This document shows, in pieces, positions 51,266 through 61,203 of a stretch of DNA of 64,000 nucleotides (its first letter is position 1; each line of letters begins with the position of its first letter). The DNA lies in contig JBEKVV010000004.1 of assembly GCA_049513715.1 (NCBI GenBank), positions 32,001 to 96,000 on the forward strand, read 5' to 3'. The DNA comes from Candidatus Bathyarchaeia archaeon (GTDB lineage Archaea; Thermoproteota; Bathyarchaeia; 40CM-2-53-6). A program made the position numbers and the translations under genes. Under the pieces are notes generated by a model. The model saw only the letters and a list, made by a program, of their open reading frames with translations. It did not search any database and was not told the origin of the DNA.

Positions 51266-51380
51266 AGAAGAATCCGCTCTTGTAGCGAGGCTTCTTGGGG
51301 TATGTATTGTTTTTCTCACGTTTGCAAGAAAGGAACTGATAATTTTCGCGTTGGTTGGTCGCGGGGCTTCGAATTTAGAG

Positions 51381-51396
51381 TATATGTGCACATATA
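51381..51396. promoter_or_regulatory. Perfect 16-bp palindrome in divergent promoter
   Basis: TATATGTGCACATATA between the AOR1 and Mo-hydroxylase starts. Confidence 0.6.
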
Positions 51397-51455
51397 TTGT
51401 TGGAGTAAAACCATGATAAGCTATAAGGCCCGTTCGGTCCTGACGGGCGAAGATT

Positions 51456-52337
51456 ATGGTAATGGCTAGACCTCTTGAGCTGCAATACTCAGAGCCTTCA
51501 ACTCTGAAGGAAGCATTCTCAATTTTGGCAAAAGTTGAGGGTGCCAAGATTCTCGCTGGAGGAACCGATGTGATCGTTTCCATGAGGGAAGGAAAAATTG
51601 CTCCAGCTCACATTGTGAATATCAAACGGATATCCGGACTTGACAAAATAGGGCCAAGCACCGGAGGGGGGCTCCGTATAGGTGCGCTTGCTACGATTGG
51701 TGCCGTGGAAACCTCAGCTCTGGTTCGTAACGCGTTCCCGATGGTTGCTGAGGCAGCGCACCAGATAGGTTCGCTGCCGGTTCGAAATCGTGCAACGGTG
51801 GGTGGGAACCTCTGTAATTCATCTCCTTCTGCAGACATGGCTCCGCCATTGATAGCGCTCGGAGCAGTCGCGAAGATAGCCGGACCAAAGGGAAGGAGAT
51901 CTGTTAACCTTGAGGAATTTTTCACAGGGCCAGGAAAGACCGTCCTGTCGAAAGTTGAGATTCTAACGGAGATTCATATTCCAGATCCTCCCAGGAACTC
52001 GTTCGGGGCATTTCTGAAACATGGCCCTCGGCAGTGCATGGACATTGCAACAGTCAACGCCGCCGTTATGGTTACATTGAAAGGAAAGGTGTGCGAGAAC
52101 GCTAGAGTCGTCTTGGGTGCTGTTGCCCCGGTGCCAATGCGCGCCAAAAGGGCCGAGGCAGAGATTCGCGGAAAACCCATTGAAGATGAGATCATCCGCA
52201 AAGTGGGTGAAATCGCAGCCAAGGAATGTGTTCCCATATCTGATGTGAGGGGGTCAGCGGATTACAGGCGAGAAGTGGTTAACGTGCTGGTAAGGCGATT
52301 GTTTGGGAAGGCTTTGGGAGCCAAATTGGCAAAGTGA
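51456..52337 (+). CDS. Xanthine dehydrogenase family FAD (medium) subunit
   Basis: ILAGGTD, VRNRATVGGNL, SPSAD, DVRGSADYR. Confidence 0.92.
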   Translation: MVMARPLELQYSEPSTLKEAFSILAKVEGAKILAGGTDVIVSMREGKIAPAHIVNIKRISGLDKIGPSTGGGLRIGALATIGAVETSALVRNAFPMVAEAAHQIGSLPVRNRATVGGNLCNSSPSADMAPPLIALGAVAKIAGPKGRRSVNLEEFFTGPGKTVLSKVEILTEIHIPDPPRNSFGAFLKHGPRQCMDIATVNAAVMVTLKGKVCENARVVLGAVAPVPMRAKRAEAEIRGKPIEDEIIRKVGEIAAKECVPISDVRGSADYRREVVNVLVRRLFGKALGAKLAK

Positions 52338-52823
52338 TTGCTTTTGAAACACGTGAAATTCCGGGTCAATGATGAGTGGAGGGAGCTAGATGCTAGTCCA
52401 ACCAAGAGCTTGCTCGACGTGCTTCGGGATGACTTGTTTCTCACTGGCACCAAGCGTGGCTGTGATAGCGGTGAATGCGGGGCATGCACTGTTATCATGA
52501 ACGGGAAGGCTGTAAACGCATGCTTGGTACTCGCTACTGAGCTTGATGGGTCAGAGATTACAACCATTGAGGGATTGGGCAGAAGCGTTGACAAGCTTCA
52601 CCCATTGCAGAAGGCGTTCATCGAAAAAGGAGCGGTACAGTGCGGTTTTTGTACGCCCGGCATAATCATGACTGCGAAAGCATTTCTCGATATGAATCCG
52701 AAGCCGACAGAGGAGGAAGTGAGGGACGCTATTTCTGGCAACCTTTGCAGGTGCACTGGATACAGCAAAATTGTGAATGCCATACTCGCGGGTGCGGAAG
52801 AAGTTGGGAGATTGAAACATTGA
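52338..52823 (+). CDS. Xanthine dehydrogenase family 2x[2Fe-2S] (small) subunit
   Basis: GCDSGECGACTV, QCGFCTPG, NLCRCTGY. Confidence 0.95.
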   Translation: MLLKHVKFRVNDEWRELDASPTKSLLDVLRDDLFLTGTKRGCDSGECGACTVIMNGKAVNACLVLATELDGSEITTIEGLGRSVDKLHPLQKAFIEKGAVQCGFCTPGIIMTAKAFLDMNPKPTEEEVRDAISGNLCRCTGYSKIVNAILAGAEEVGRLKH

Positions 52824-55120
52824 CGGCTACAGTTGAGAAGGAAAAATACGTTACGATAGGGAAATCGGTTCCACGAATTGATGCCCTCGAAAAGGTAACT
52901 GGCAGGGCAATGTACATCGATGACCTCAAATTCAGCGATGTGCTCTATGGAAAAATTCTGCGCAGCCCACACGCACACGCCAAAATCAAAAGGATAGACA
53001 CTTCGAAAGCTGAAGCGCTGCTAGGAGTCCGAGCAGTTGTGACCGGTAAGGATGCCCCATTCAGGGGCGGCGAGGCCATCAGGGACCAGCCATTTCTTGC
53101 TGTAGGCAAAGTTCGTTGTGTAGGTGAAGTCGTGGCAGCTGTAGCTGCCGATACCAAGGAGATTGCTGAGCATGCTATAGGACTCATAGTGGTCGAGTAC
53201 GAGCCCCTAGCAGCGGTCTTAGACGTAATGGAGGCTGTGAAACCGAGTGCCCCGCTGATTCACGAAGAGATGCATGCGTACGCGCATATGCCTGTAGTGA
53301 CTGTCGTACCGCACACGAATATCTGCGCAAAGTTCGAATTCAAGCAAGGGGATGTCGAAAAAGGCTTCCGCGAATCGGACTACGTTTTCGAAGATACTTT
53401 CCGGTTCCCCACAGGTCACCATTGCCAGATAGAACCCTTCGGCGCGGTGGCTCAGGTTAGTGTCAACGGCAAGATCACCATTTGGGTTGCAAATGACGCC
53501 CCACACCGGTTGCGAAAGGACATAGCTGACGCTATGGGCATTCCTTTCGAAAACTTGAGGGTGATATGTCCACCCTTCATGGGCGGAGGGTTCGGTGGAA
53601 AAGGTGGCCTGAAAGTTGAAACAGTCTGTATCGCCCTCGCAATGCACACAAACGGCCGCCCAGTCAAAATCATCTTGGACCGAGAAGAGGTCTTCATGGC
53701 CTCACTGATGAAGCATGCCGCCGTCGCGACCGTTAAAACAGGCGTCAAGAAAGATGGGAAAATCGTTGCCACGCACGCAAAACTGTACTACGACACTGGA
53801 GCCTACGCAGAGAAAGGACCCACGGTCACACTACATGGTTGTGAGTCCGGAGTAGGGCCATACAAGGTTCCCAACACGCTGGTCGAGGGGTACACTGTCT
53901 ACACCAACAACCCAGTTGCAGGGGCCCTTCGAGGATACGGTTTACCACAGTCAAGCTGGGCACACGAATCAATGATTGACATGATTGCCGACAAGTTAGG
54001 CATTGATCAAATTGAAATGAGGTTGAAGAATGCTCTAGAAGAAGGCTCAATCAATCCAACTCGAGGAGACATTCTCACAAGCGTAGGCCTCAAGGAATGC
54101 ATTACCAAAGCTGCTGAAGCGATCGAATGGAACAAACCCAGGCCACTTAACCGCGGGGTAGGAATAGCTTGCGAATACAAAGCAACAAAGACCCCCTCAG
54201 GCTCATCGGCGTTCGTCAAGGTTGAGCAAGACGGTAGCGCCTCGGTGATCACTAGCGCCGTCGAAGTCGGCCAAGGCATCAAAACCATTCTCGCCCAGAT
54301 TGCGTCTGAGGAACTTGGGATTCCAATGGATCGTGTAATTGTCACCTCGCCTGACACCGATTACACCCCATGGGACGCCTCCACAACTGCAAGCCGTGCC
54401 ACCTTTCACATGGGTAATGCTGTAAGAAATGCCGCCAAGGACGCTAAAGTGCAGATCCTCGCCCTTGCTGCGGCCGCACTCAGCGTTAGCGCAGAAGACT
54501 TGGAGGTCTCAAATGGAGAGATTCGCCTGAAAGGCGGCGACAAGAAAATGACAGTTGCCGAAGCGATTAGGGGTAAATGGAAATCAGGGCTCACCGTTCT
54601 CGGAAGAGGAACATACTATCCTGAGATAAAGGGCACAATGTTCTCGGCCCGCAGCATATTCTACATGTACGCAGCACAGGCTGTCGACTTGGAAGTAGAC
54701 CCCGAAACGGGCAAGATTAAGGTTCACAAGGTTGCAGCCGCCCACGATGTTGGAAAGGCTCTCAACCCGATGGCCGTTGAGGGGCAAATAGAAGGAGGTG
54801 TAGTTCAAGGTCTCGGGACTGGACTTTGGGAAGAGGTCCTCTACGACGAGAACGGCAAGATGTTGAACCCGAACTTCAGAGACTACCGCGTCCCAACCGC
54901 CGTTGATGCTCCAGAGATCATACCCATCATCGTTGAGGCAACACATGAAGAGGGCCCGTTTGGAGCGAAAGGTATCGGTGAGATGACCTTGGTTTCAACC
55001 CCAACAGCAGTTGGAAACGCTATCTACAATGCTACAGGGATCAGGCTGAAAGAACTTCCCGCAACGCCGGAAAGATTGCTCAAGTACCTTAAGGCGAGAA
55101 GTTCGAGAACTGAGGAATAG
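52820..55120 (+). CDS. Xanthine dehydrogenase family molybdopterin (large) subunit
   Basis: LRSPHAHA, GGGFGGK, ALRGYG, EVGQG, QIEGG, AKGIGE; TTG 52820 preferred. Confidence 0.92.
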   Translation: MTATVEKEKYVTIGKSVPRIDALEKVTGRAMYIDDLKFSDVLYGKILRSPHAHAKIKRIDTSKAEALLGVRAVVTGKDAPFRGGEAIRDQPFLAVGKVRCVGEVVAAVAADTKEIAEHAIGLIVVEYEPLAAVLDVMEAVKPSAPLIHEEMHAYAHMPVVTVVPHTNICAKFEFKQGDVEKGFRESDYVFEDTFRFPTGHHCQIEPFGAVAQVSVNGKITIWVANDAPHRLRKDIADAMGIPFENLRVICPPFMGGGFGGKGGLKVETVCIALAMHTNGRPVKIILDREEVFMASLMKHAAVATVKTGVKKDGKIVATHAKLYYDTGAYAEKGPTVTLHGCESGVGPYKVPNTLVEGYTVYTNNPVAGALRGYGLPQSSWAHESMIDMIADKLGIDQIEMRLKNALEEGSINPTRGDILTSVGLKECITKAAEAIEWNKPRPLNRGVGIACEYKATKTPSGSSAFVKVEQDGSASVITSAVEVGQGIKTILAQIASEELGIPMDRVIVTSPDTDYTPWDASTTASRATFHMGNAVRNAAKDAKVQILALAAAALSVSAEDLEVSNGEIRLKGGDKKMTVAEAIRGKWKSGLTVLGRGTYYPEIKGTMFSARSIFYMYAAQAVDLEVDPETGKIKVHKVAAAHDVGKALNPMAVEGQIEGGVVQGLGTGLWEEVLYDENGKMLNPNFRDYRVPTAVDAPEIIPIIVEATHEEGPFGAKGIGEMTLVSTPTAVGNAIYNATGIRLKELPATPERLLKYLKARSSRTEE

Positions 55121-55124
55121 AGTT

Positions 55125-56129
55125 ATGGTGAAATTCGGTGTACGTCTACCGAACTCAGGCCCGCTTGCGGCCGCCGATTCGATTCTGAAGAGCGCGGAAG
55201 TCGCTGAGAAACTAGGTTACGACTCAGTTTGGGTGCACGACCACATCACTTGGGGTACAGAGCAACACAGAGGCCACCTTTCATCGGGATCAGCTGAAGC
55301 CTTAAAGTCAGCTCAACTTCCGAACTTCTATGAATGTCTGACAACACTCGCGACCATAGCAGGAAGAACAAATTCGGTGAAGTTAGGCGTCGCCGTCGTC
55401 ATACTGCCCCTCCGAAACCCCGTCGTCTTCGCAAAGCAGACTTCAGTCATCGACGTACTATCTGGCGGGAGATTGCTCGTGGGCGTCGCTCCAGGGGCGC
55501 CGAAAATCACAGAAAAAGAGTTCGATACGATTGGCGTCGACTACCACAAGAGAGGCAAGATCACTGATGACTACATACAAGCCGTGAGAAAACTTTGGAC
55601 TGAGCCACTTCCAACGTACGAAGGAAAATTCATCTCTTTCAAGGAAGTTCAGATGTTTCCGAAACCAATCCAGAAACCTCACCCACCTATCTTGATTGGC
55701 GGCGGTGAAAGAGGTCTAAGCGACGTCGCAATGAAACGAGTGGTCGGGCTCGGGAATGGTTGGATACCCGCTTACCTGACAGAGGCCGAACTTGAGCAAG
55801 GCGCCAAGCAGCTGCGCGAGGGCGCGAAGAAAGCTGGCAGGGGTGGCGAGAAATTCATCGTAGGCTTGGAGATGTTTACCGGCCTGGGCCCATCCGACGA
55901 TGCGGCAAGAAACACTTTCTCAGCAACTCTGACCAAGAACTTCGTGTCCGTTGAGGAAGGGTTGAAACGAAGTCTAGTCGGCACATCAAAGACCATCACA
56001 AGGAGAATGGAAGCCTACGCGAATGCTGGACTCGATTATGTCGAGTTGAAGTTCATGTACTCGACAATCCCCGAGTTCCACGAAGAAATGGAAACCTTCG
56101 CGAAAGACGTGCTTCCATCATTCAAGTGA
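55125..56129 (+). CDS. LLM class, probably F420-dependent, oxidoreductase
   Basis: GYDSVWVHDH, LPLRNPVVFAKQ, SGGRL, PKPIQKPHPPILIGG. Confidence 0.88.
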   Translation: MVKFGVRLPNSGPLAAADSILKSAEVAEKLGYDSVWVHDHITWGTEQHRGHLSSGSAEALKSAQLPNFYECLTTLATIAGRTNSVKLGVAVVILPLRNPVVFAKQTSVIDVLSGGRLLVGVAPGAPKITEKEFDTIGVDYHKRGKITDDYIQAVRKLWTEPLPTYEGKFISFKEVQMFPKPIQKPHPPILIGGGERGLSDVAMKRVVGLGNGWIPAYLTEAELEQGAKQLREGAKKAGRGGEKFIVGLEMFTGLGPSDDAARNTFSATLTKNFVSVEEGLKRSLVGTSKTITRRMEAYANAGLDYVELKFMYSTIPEFHEEMETFAKDVLPSFK

Positions 56130-56205
56130 AGATCTAGAACTGGCACCAGGAACGGAATCGGACCCAGCGCATGCACCGGATGGCTAAGGATCGAGGACGC
56201 TCCGA

Positions 56206-58044
56206 CTATGTCAAACCCAGTGACTTGAGCTTTGCTTTGGTTGGAACGCCTTGTTCGTCCCATGCTCTCAGTGTGTAGCATGTGTCCAACATCTTGCTCA
56301 CGTTGCAAGTCTGGCCCTTAGCAGTTCCATCGGGCATCGGTTCAAGGAAACGGTCTGGAATCGTGTCGTCTTTTCTGGTGTAACCCTCCCTTAGGTTGAA
56401 GAGCCTCTCAAGGTTCACGATTCTCTCACCAACTTTCACCATCTCCGCATAACTCTGCTTCATGCCAGTTGCGTCGCGGATTAGACGTTCAATGACTTCA
56501 GGGCTGAATCCGAAATCCAAGCAGAAATCGCAAAACACGGCCGAGTCGATTGGTGCGGCTGTGAAATCTTGGAAATCTACCACCCACTTCACTTTGTTGG
56601 CGTCTTCAGAAAACCTGTCCACGGGTTGGGGCACGCCGAAGAGCTCGACGGCAATGGTCCACCCGTCGTTGTGGTCTGCGCCGCGCGATGCGGTTGCATA
56701 GTTCAACCCGATTCCTTTGGCGCCTCTTGGGTCGTAACCGGGCATCTCTAGACCTTTCACCTGCATCGCATATTTCCATGCGTCCCCGCCTAGTTTCTCG
56801 GCCGCGACTTTGACGCCTTCAGCGAGAATGTTACCGATTCCCTCCCTGCGCGCGATTCTTTCGACAAGCCATAGCAAGGCCTCATCATTGCCGAAATTCA
56901 GTTTCATTCCACTAGTCTGTTGATCAGTTATGATGCCTCTCTCGTAGCATTCCATGGCAAAGGAGGTCACTACACCTGTTGAAATTGTGTCCATTCCATA
57001 TTGGTCACACAGAAGATTAGCGTGGGCGATGGTTTCGAAGGATGGAATCCCGCAGTTCGCCCCCAGAGCGAAAATGTTCTCGTGCTCAGGGCGGTCGGTC
57101 CTGATTCCGGCATGAGGGCCTTCCTTCACTTCGATCCACTTTGAGCAAAGGACTCTGCATCCCCAGCAGTGAACGAAGCCGCGGTTTGTGTAGTGGGTGT
57201 TAATGTACGTGGCGTCTATGTTATCCACCGAGTCGAAATATCCAGTCTGAAAGTTCCTGGTGGGCATCAACCCCATCTCATTCACAACTGAGACGGAACC
57301 TGTTGTTCCCGCTTCTTTGAAGACCTTGACGACTTCGTTATTGTCCACAATTTTGTTGATCCAAAGCAGCGTCTCTCGCCATGTATCCCGGTGCAAATAA
57401 GTCTCCACTCTGCCCGAGCCTTGAACGGCGAATGCTTTCAAGTTCTTTGAGCCCATCACTGCGCCCGGCCCACATCTGGCAGCAGCGGCGTGTTTGTCGC
57501 TCATGATTGCGGCGATCTTGACTAGGTGCTCGCCGGCCGGGCCGACTGAGGCAACCCTTAGCGTAGGCTTTGAACCCAGTTCCTTCATCACAGCCTCTTC
57601 AGTCTGATGAGTGGTCTTTCCCCACAGGTGCGACGCATCCTTGATTTCCACTTGGCCGTCATGGAGGTACGCGTAAACCTTCTTCTCAGATTTCCCATCG
57701 AAAATGACCCCGTCGTACCCAGCGAATTTGATGTTGGGGCCAAGGTGCCCACCGCAATAACCAACGGAAATGGTCCCAGTGGAGGGAGACTTCATTCCGA
57801 CCGTGTACTTTCCGGTAAGTGGAACGTTCGTCCCTGCTAGGGGACCAGTCATGAAGATCAGTTTGTTCTCGGGCCCAAGCGGGTCTGCGTGAGGGGGAAG
57901 TTCATCGTAGAGGATCTTGGCGATGAACCCTCTACCGCCCATCCACTTGTCGGCGAACTCGTTATCGATTATTTTCTCCGATGTTTTTCGTGTTGTGAGG
58001 TCGACCCGTAGAAGCTTCCCTACATACCCTTTGTAGTCTGTCAA
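56206..58044 (-). CDS. aor: Tungsten aldehyde:ferredoxin oxidoreductase family, copy 2 (612 aa)
   Basis: Same motifs as copy 1; TTG 58044 preferred. Confidence 0.92.
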   Translation of the reverse strand: MTDYKGYVGKLLRVDLTTRKTSEKIIDNEFADKWMGGRGFIAKILYDELPPHADPLGPENKLIFMTGPLAGTNVPLTGKYTVGMKSPSTGTISVGYCGGHLGPNIKFAGYDGVIFDGKSEKKVYAYLHDGQVEIKDASHLWGKTTHQTEEAVMKELGSKPTLRVASVGPAGEHLVKIAAIMSDKHAAAARCGPGAVMGSKNLKAFAVQGSGRVETYLHRDTWRETLLWINKIVDNNEVVKVFKEAGTTGSVSVVNEMGLMPTRNFQTGYFDSVDNIDATYINTHYTNRGFVHCWGCRVLCSKWIEVKEGPHAGIRTDRPEHENIFALGANCGIPSFETIAHANLLCDQYGMDTISTGVVTSFAMECYERGIITDQQTSGMKLNFGNDEALLWLVERIARREGIGNILAEGVKVAAEKLGGDAWKYAMQVKGLEMPGYDPRGAKGIGLNYATASRGADHNDGWTIAVELFGVPQPVDRFSEDANKVKWVVDFQDFTAAPIDSAVFCDFCLDFGFSPEVIERLIRDATGMKQSYAEMVKVGERIVNLERLFNLREGYTRKDDTIPDRFLEPMPDGTAKGQTCNVSKMLDTCYTLRAWDEQGVPTKAKLKSLGLT

Positions 58045-58168
58045 CGGCAGGTCTGCGTAGTCAAGGAAGAAATTTCCTATATAACATATGCCATGCGGCG
58101 AAGCCGCAGTTGACTCCATTTAGAATGCAGAATGGAAAGGTTGGGTGAAGAGAAAAAGGGAATGGGTT

Positions 58169-58531
58169 TTACTCGGCGTTCTTGGTCGGGGGGTACTCTG
58201 GATGTGAGAACGTGTACACCATTACCACATCATTAGGTCCATCATTCCGCACTCCGTGTGCAACTCCAGGTGGAATATAGACCGCCGAATTCGGGCCGAA
58301 CTCAATATCGCCGTCCTTCAGCGTGATTTTGCCTTTGCCTGAAATTATGAATGCACATTCCTCTTCGGTGTGAATTTTCTTTTCGGTGTTCGCGCCAGGC
58401 TTGAATGTGGAGAAGCCTAACATCATTTTCTTAGTGCCAATCGTTTTGTTTGAGAGTAATTCGATGAGCCAGCTACCGCCAGGGAGTGTCGTTCGAATTC
58501 CCTCCTCTGACCGAACTACCTTTACCTGCAT
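58169..58531 (-). CDS. Cupin domain protein
   Basis: IHTEEE...ISGKG, YIPPGVAHGVRN. Confidence 0.85.
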   Translation of the reverse strand: MQVKVVRSEEGIRTTLPGGSWLIELLSNKTIGTKKMMLGFSTFKPGANTEKKIHTEEECAFIISGKGKITLKDGDIEFGPNSAVYIPPGVAHGVRNDGPNDVVMVYTFSHPEYPPTKNAE

Positions 58532-58558
58532 AATTTCGCCCCAGTTGATTATGTTCCT

Positions 58559-58999
58559 TTAGCCGAATTTGTTAATGCTTTTTTCGCCTTTGATGTCGGA
58601 TGTCCAGTGGAAGTCTTCGCCCTTCTTGACCTTCTCTTCCTCTTCCTCGGCAGCCTTGACTGCCTCGCTACCACCGTCGACCCACGTAGCCCAGCCTGCC
58701 AGCCAGATGCAAAGTGAAACGGCTTCTTGAACCTCTCTTGGAGTCGCTCCCAGCCGAACTGCCTTTCGCGCATGGCTTCGGCCTTTTTCGCCGCGGCCGG
58801 TCGCTACTTCTACAGCTGTGATGATCAGTTCCTTGTACTTCTCAGATATTGCGCCTTCCACGCCCTTCGGTGGGAGTGTTGCTTTTCGAATCTTGATAAA
58901 TCCCTCAACGATTTCTGAGCTGTACTTGTCCATGTGTTCGAAGACGGGATGCATGCGCCCAAACTTTTCGAGAATGTACTTCTTCGTTTCTTCATTCAT
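58559..58999 (-). CDS. Carboxymuconolactone decarboxylase (CMD/AhpD-like) family protein
   Basis: ISEKYKELI...SHARKAVRLGATPREVQEA; no CxxC. Confidence 0.82.
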   Translation of the reverse strand: MNEETKKYILEKFGRMHPVFEHMDKYSSEIVEGFIKIRKATLPPKGVEGAISEKYKELIITAVEVATGRGEKGRSHARKAVRLGATPREVQEAVSLCIWLAGWATWVDGGSEAVKAAEEEEEKVKKGEDFHWTSDIKGEKSINKFG

Positions 59000-59116
59000 C
59001 GCGGATCATTGGTGGCTTAATATTCAGCTGCTTAGATTTCCTGCCAGTGGTTTCTGTAAGCGGCTTATATGCGGTGGTCTTAAATAATCAGTTTCGTCCG
59101 TGACCATGTGATTTTA

Positions 59117-60115
59117 ATGGTTTCATTCGAAGCCGCAATCAAGGAAGCGAAACTTGCGATTGAACATTGTTATTCAGTAAAGAAAGGAGAGAACGTCGCC
59201 ATACTGACCGACCAGGATCATATGGTTGAAGCAAAAGCATTGGCCGCTGTCGCCGGACAATTCGCCGCGAACGTGGTCATGCTGGACGCGTCGGCGTACG
59301 TTCAATCAGGAATGCTGATGGCCGGCATCCCAGAACCTCCGTCGCACATTTCTGCTATGATGGAAAAAACTCAGGTCTTCATCATCAAAACCGAAATGGA
59401 CTTCGCACATAGATTTGCACACACAGATGCTGCCAGAATAGTTGAACGCAACAAAGGAAGAATAGCGTCGGTCGAGGAGGACATGGGAACGTGGGGAATC
59501 GAGTACGATTATCTGGTTGAAACAAAAGAGCGGACGGCGAAGCTTGGAGCAATTACGGGCAAAGCCGACAAGATACACATCACTTCTACCAAAGGGACAG
59601 ATATTACGCTCTCTATCAAGAATCGCCCAGCCCTCGTAATAGTACCCCAACGAGCGCCCGGAGACGTAATGTCTCCTTTACCATTGTGGGGAGAAGTCGC
59701 ACACTCAATCATCGAGGACTCGGGGAATGGAGTCGTTGTAGCGGACGGAATCGCGAATGCGGTCGCGAACAACGGCCTCAAGGAGCCTATCAAATACAAA
59801 GTCAAGAACGGAAGGGCCTATGACTACCAAGGTGGAGACGAAGCGAAGCGCTGGGAAGCCATAATCAAAGCCGCAGACGAGAACGCGAACGTGTTATGCG
59901 AATTCGCCGTTGGAACAGGCCGAAGGGAACGGTGGAACACCGTCTCGGAGAAGGGAGCCTTAGGAACAATCCATCTCGCTCTCGGAGAAAACGCAGGGCC
60001 CTACCCGGGCGGTAAGAACCACAGCAAAGTGCATTTGGATGTCACCCTCCGATTTCCAACAGTTGAAGTTGACGGCAGAGTCGTCATTGACAAAGGCATC
60101 CTCAAACTAGACTAG
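59117..60115 (+). CDS. M29 aminopeptidase-like / NicX-like metalloprotein
   Basis: VKKGENVAILTD, GTDI, GEV, EFAVGT, GTIHLALG, HLD. Confidence 0.75.
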   Translation: MVSFEAAIKEAKLAIEHCYSVKKGENVAILTDQDHMVEAKALAAVAGQFAANVVMLDASAYVQSGMLMAGIPEPPSHISAMMEKTQVFIIKTEMDFAHRFAHTDAARIVERNKGRIASVEEDMGTWGIEYDYLVETKERTAKLGAITGKADKIHITSTKGTDITLSIKNRPALVIVPQRAPGDVMSPLPLWGEVAHSIIEDSGNGVVVADGIANAVANNGLKEPIKYKVKNGRAYDYQGGDEAKRWEAIIKAADENANVLCEFAVGTGRRERWNTVSEKGALGTIHLALGENAGPYPGGKNHSKVHLDVTLRFPTVEVDGRVVIDKGILKLD

Positions 60116-60176
60116 CACTACGTGACCAAGTCGTGCATGATTCAGATTCACCTCCTGTTCAGTATCGGTGAAAGTC

Positions 60177-61118
60177 ATGAAAGTCGAAGACGTCAAGACA
60201 GTCTCAATTATTGGCGCGGGCCTAATGGGCCACGGAATCGCCCAGGTTTTCGCGCAGGCAGGATACAATGTCCTCCTGAGAGACATTAAGCAAGAGTTCT
60301 TATTGAATGGCGTCAGCAAAATGAAAGAGAACCTTCAGAAATTGTCAGCGGCCGGCCTCGTTCGGAAGGAAGAAATCGATGCCACCATATCCAGGGTGAA
60401 AACAACGCTCGACATGCAGGAAGCCTTAACGAATTCTGACTTCATGATTGAAGCCGCAACCGAAAACATAGACCTAAAGAAACAGATCTTCAGGGAAGCC
60501 AGCAAATTCGCCCCCGAACGCGCTGTTCTGGCGACCAACACTTCCGGCTTGCCAATCCTTGATATCGCTGGAGTCACAAACCGGCCTGGCAAGATTATTG
60601 GGACGCATTTCTGGAACCCGCCGTACTTACTCCGCGCCGTGGAAGTCGTCAAAGGAGCCGGCACGACAGATGAGACCGTCAAAGTGACCTACGACCTCCT
60701 TACAAAAGTAGGCAAGAAACCTGTAGTCGTGAAAAAGGACATTCCTGGACAAATCGGGATCAGAATTCTCTACGCAATGCTTAGGGAAGCAATATCTCTA
60801 GTTGAGAAGGGAGTTGCTTCGCCCGAGGACATAGATACGGTCGTGAAGGAAGCATTGGGAACTCGATTGCCGGTCGTCGGCGTCTTAGAGTTAGCAGACT
60901 TGTCGGGCGTCGACTTAGTTCTGATGGTATCCAAACGATTGTTCAAGGATTTGGACAATTCTCCGGAACCCTCAAAGTTCCTCACAGATATGGTCGCAGA
61001 CGGTCACACTGGGATCAAGAGCTTGAAAGGTTTCTACAGCTGGACGCCTCAAAGTGTTGCATCCATCGTCAAGAAGCGGGATGAACACTTACTTAGAATC
61101 CTGAAGGATCAAGCATAG
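60177..61118 (+). CDS. 3-hydroxyacyl-CoA dehydrogenase family protein (FHMPC 5-dehydrogenase-like)
   Basis: GAGLMG, TNTSGLP, HFWNPP...VE, PVVVKKDIPG, LYAMLREA. Confidence 0.85.
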   Translation: MKVEDVKTVSIIGAGLMGHGIAQVFAQAGYNVLLRDIKQEFLLNGVSKMKENLQKLSAAGLVRKEEIDATISRVKTTLDMQEALTNSDFMIEAATENIDLKKQIFREASKFAPERAVLATNTSGLPILDIAGVTNRPGKIIGTHFWNPPYLLRAVEVVKGAGTTDETVKVTYDLLTKVGKKPVVVKKDIPGQIGIRILYAMLREAISLVEKGVASPEDIDTVVKEALGTRLPVVGVLELADLSGVDLVLMVSKRLFKDLDNSPEPSKFLTDMVADGHTGIKSLKGFYSWTPQSVASIVKKRDEHLLRILKDQA

Positions 61119-61203
61119 GTTGCGAATACCCCAATTTCCTTTGATGAGAAATTCAACCAATCCTTAAGTACCGTCCGACTGCCATCACGATCGATGACGC
61201 AAA

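Noticed and set aside
51266..51583. Long N-terminal extension of AOR1 in the ORF track (similarly for DtxR, AOR2 and the Mo large subunit)
   Set aside because: It overlaps the divergent gene and promoter; both AOR paralogs align from equivalent TTG codons.
52820..55120. Aerobic CO dehydrogenase (coxL)
   Set aside because: The active-site loop is ALRGYG, not AYxCSFR; M-S-L gene order alone is not diagnostic.
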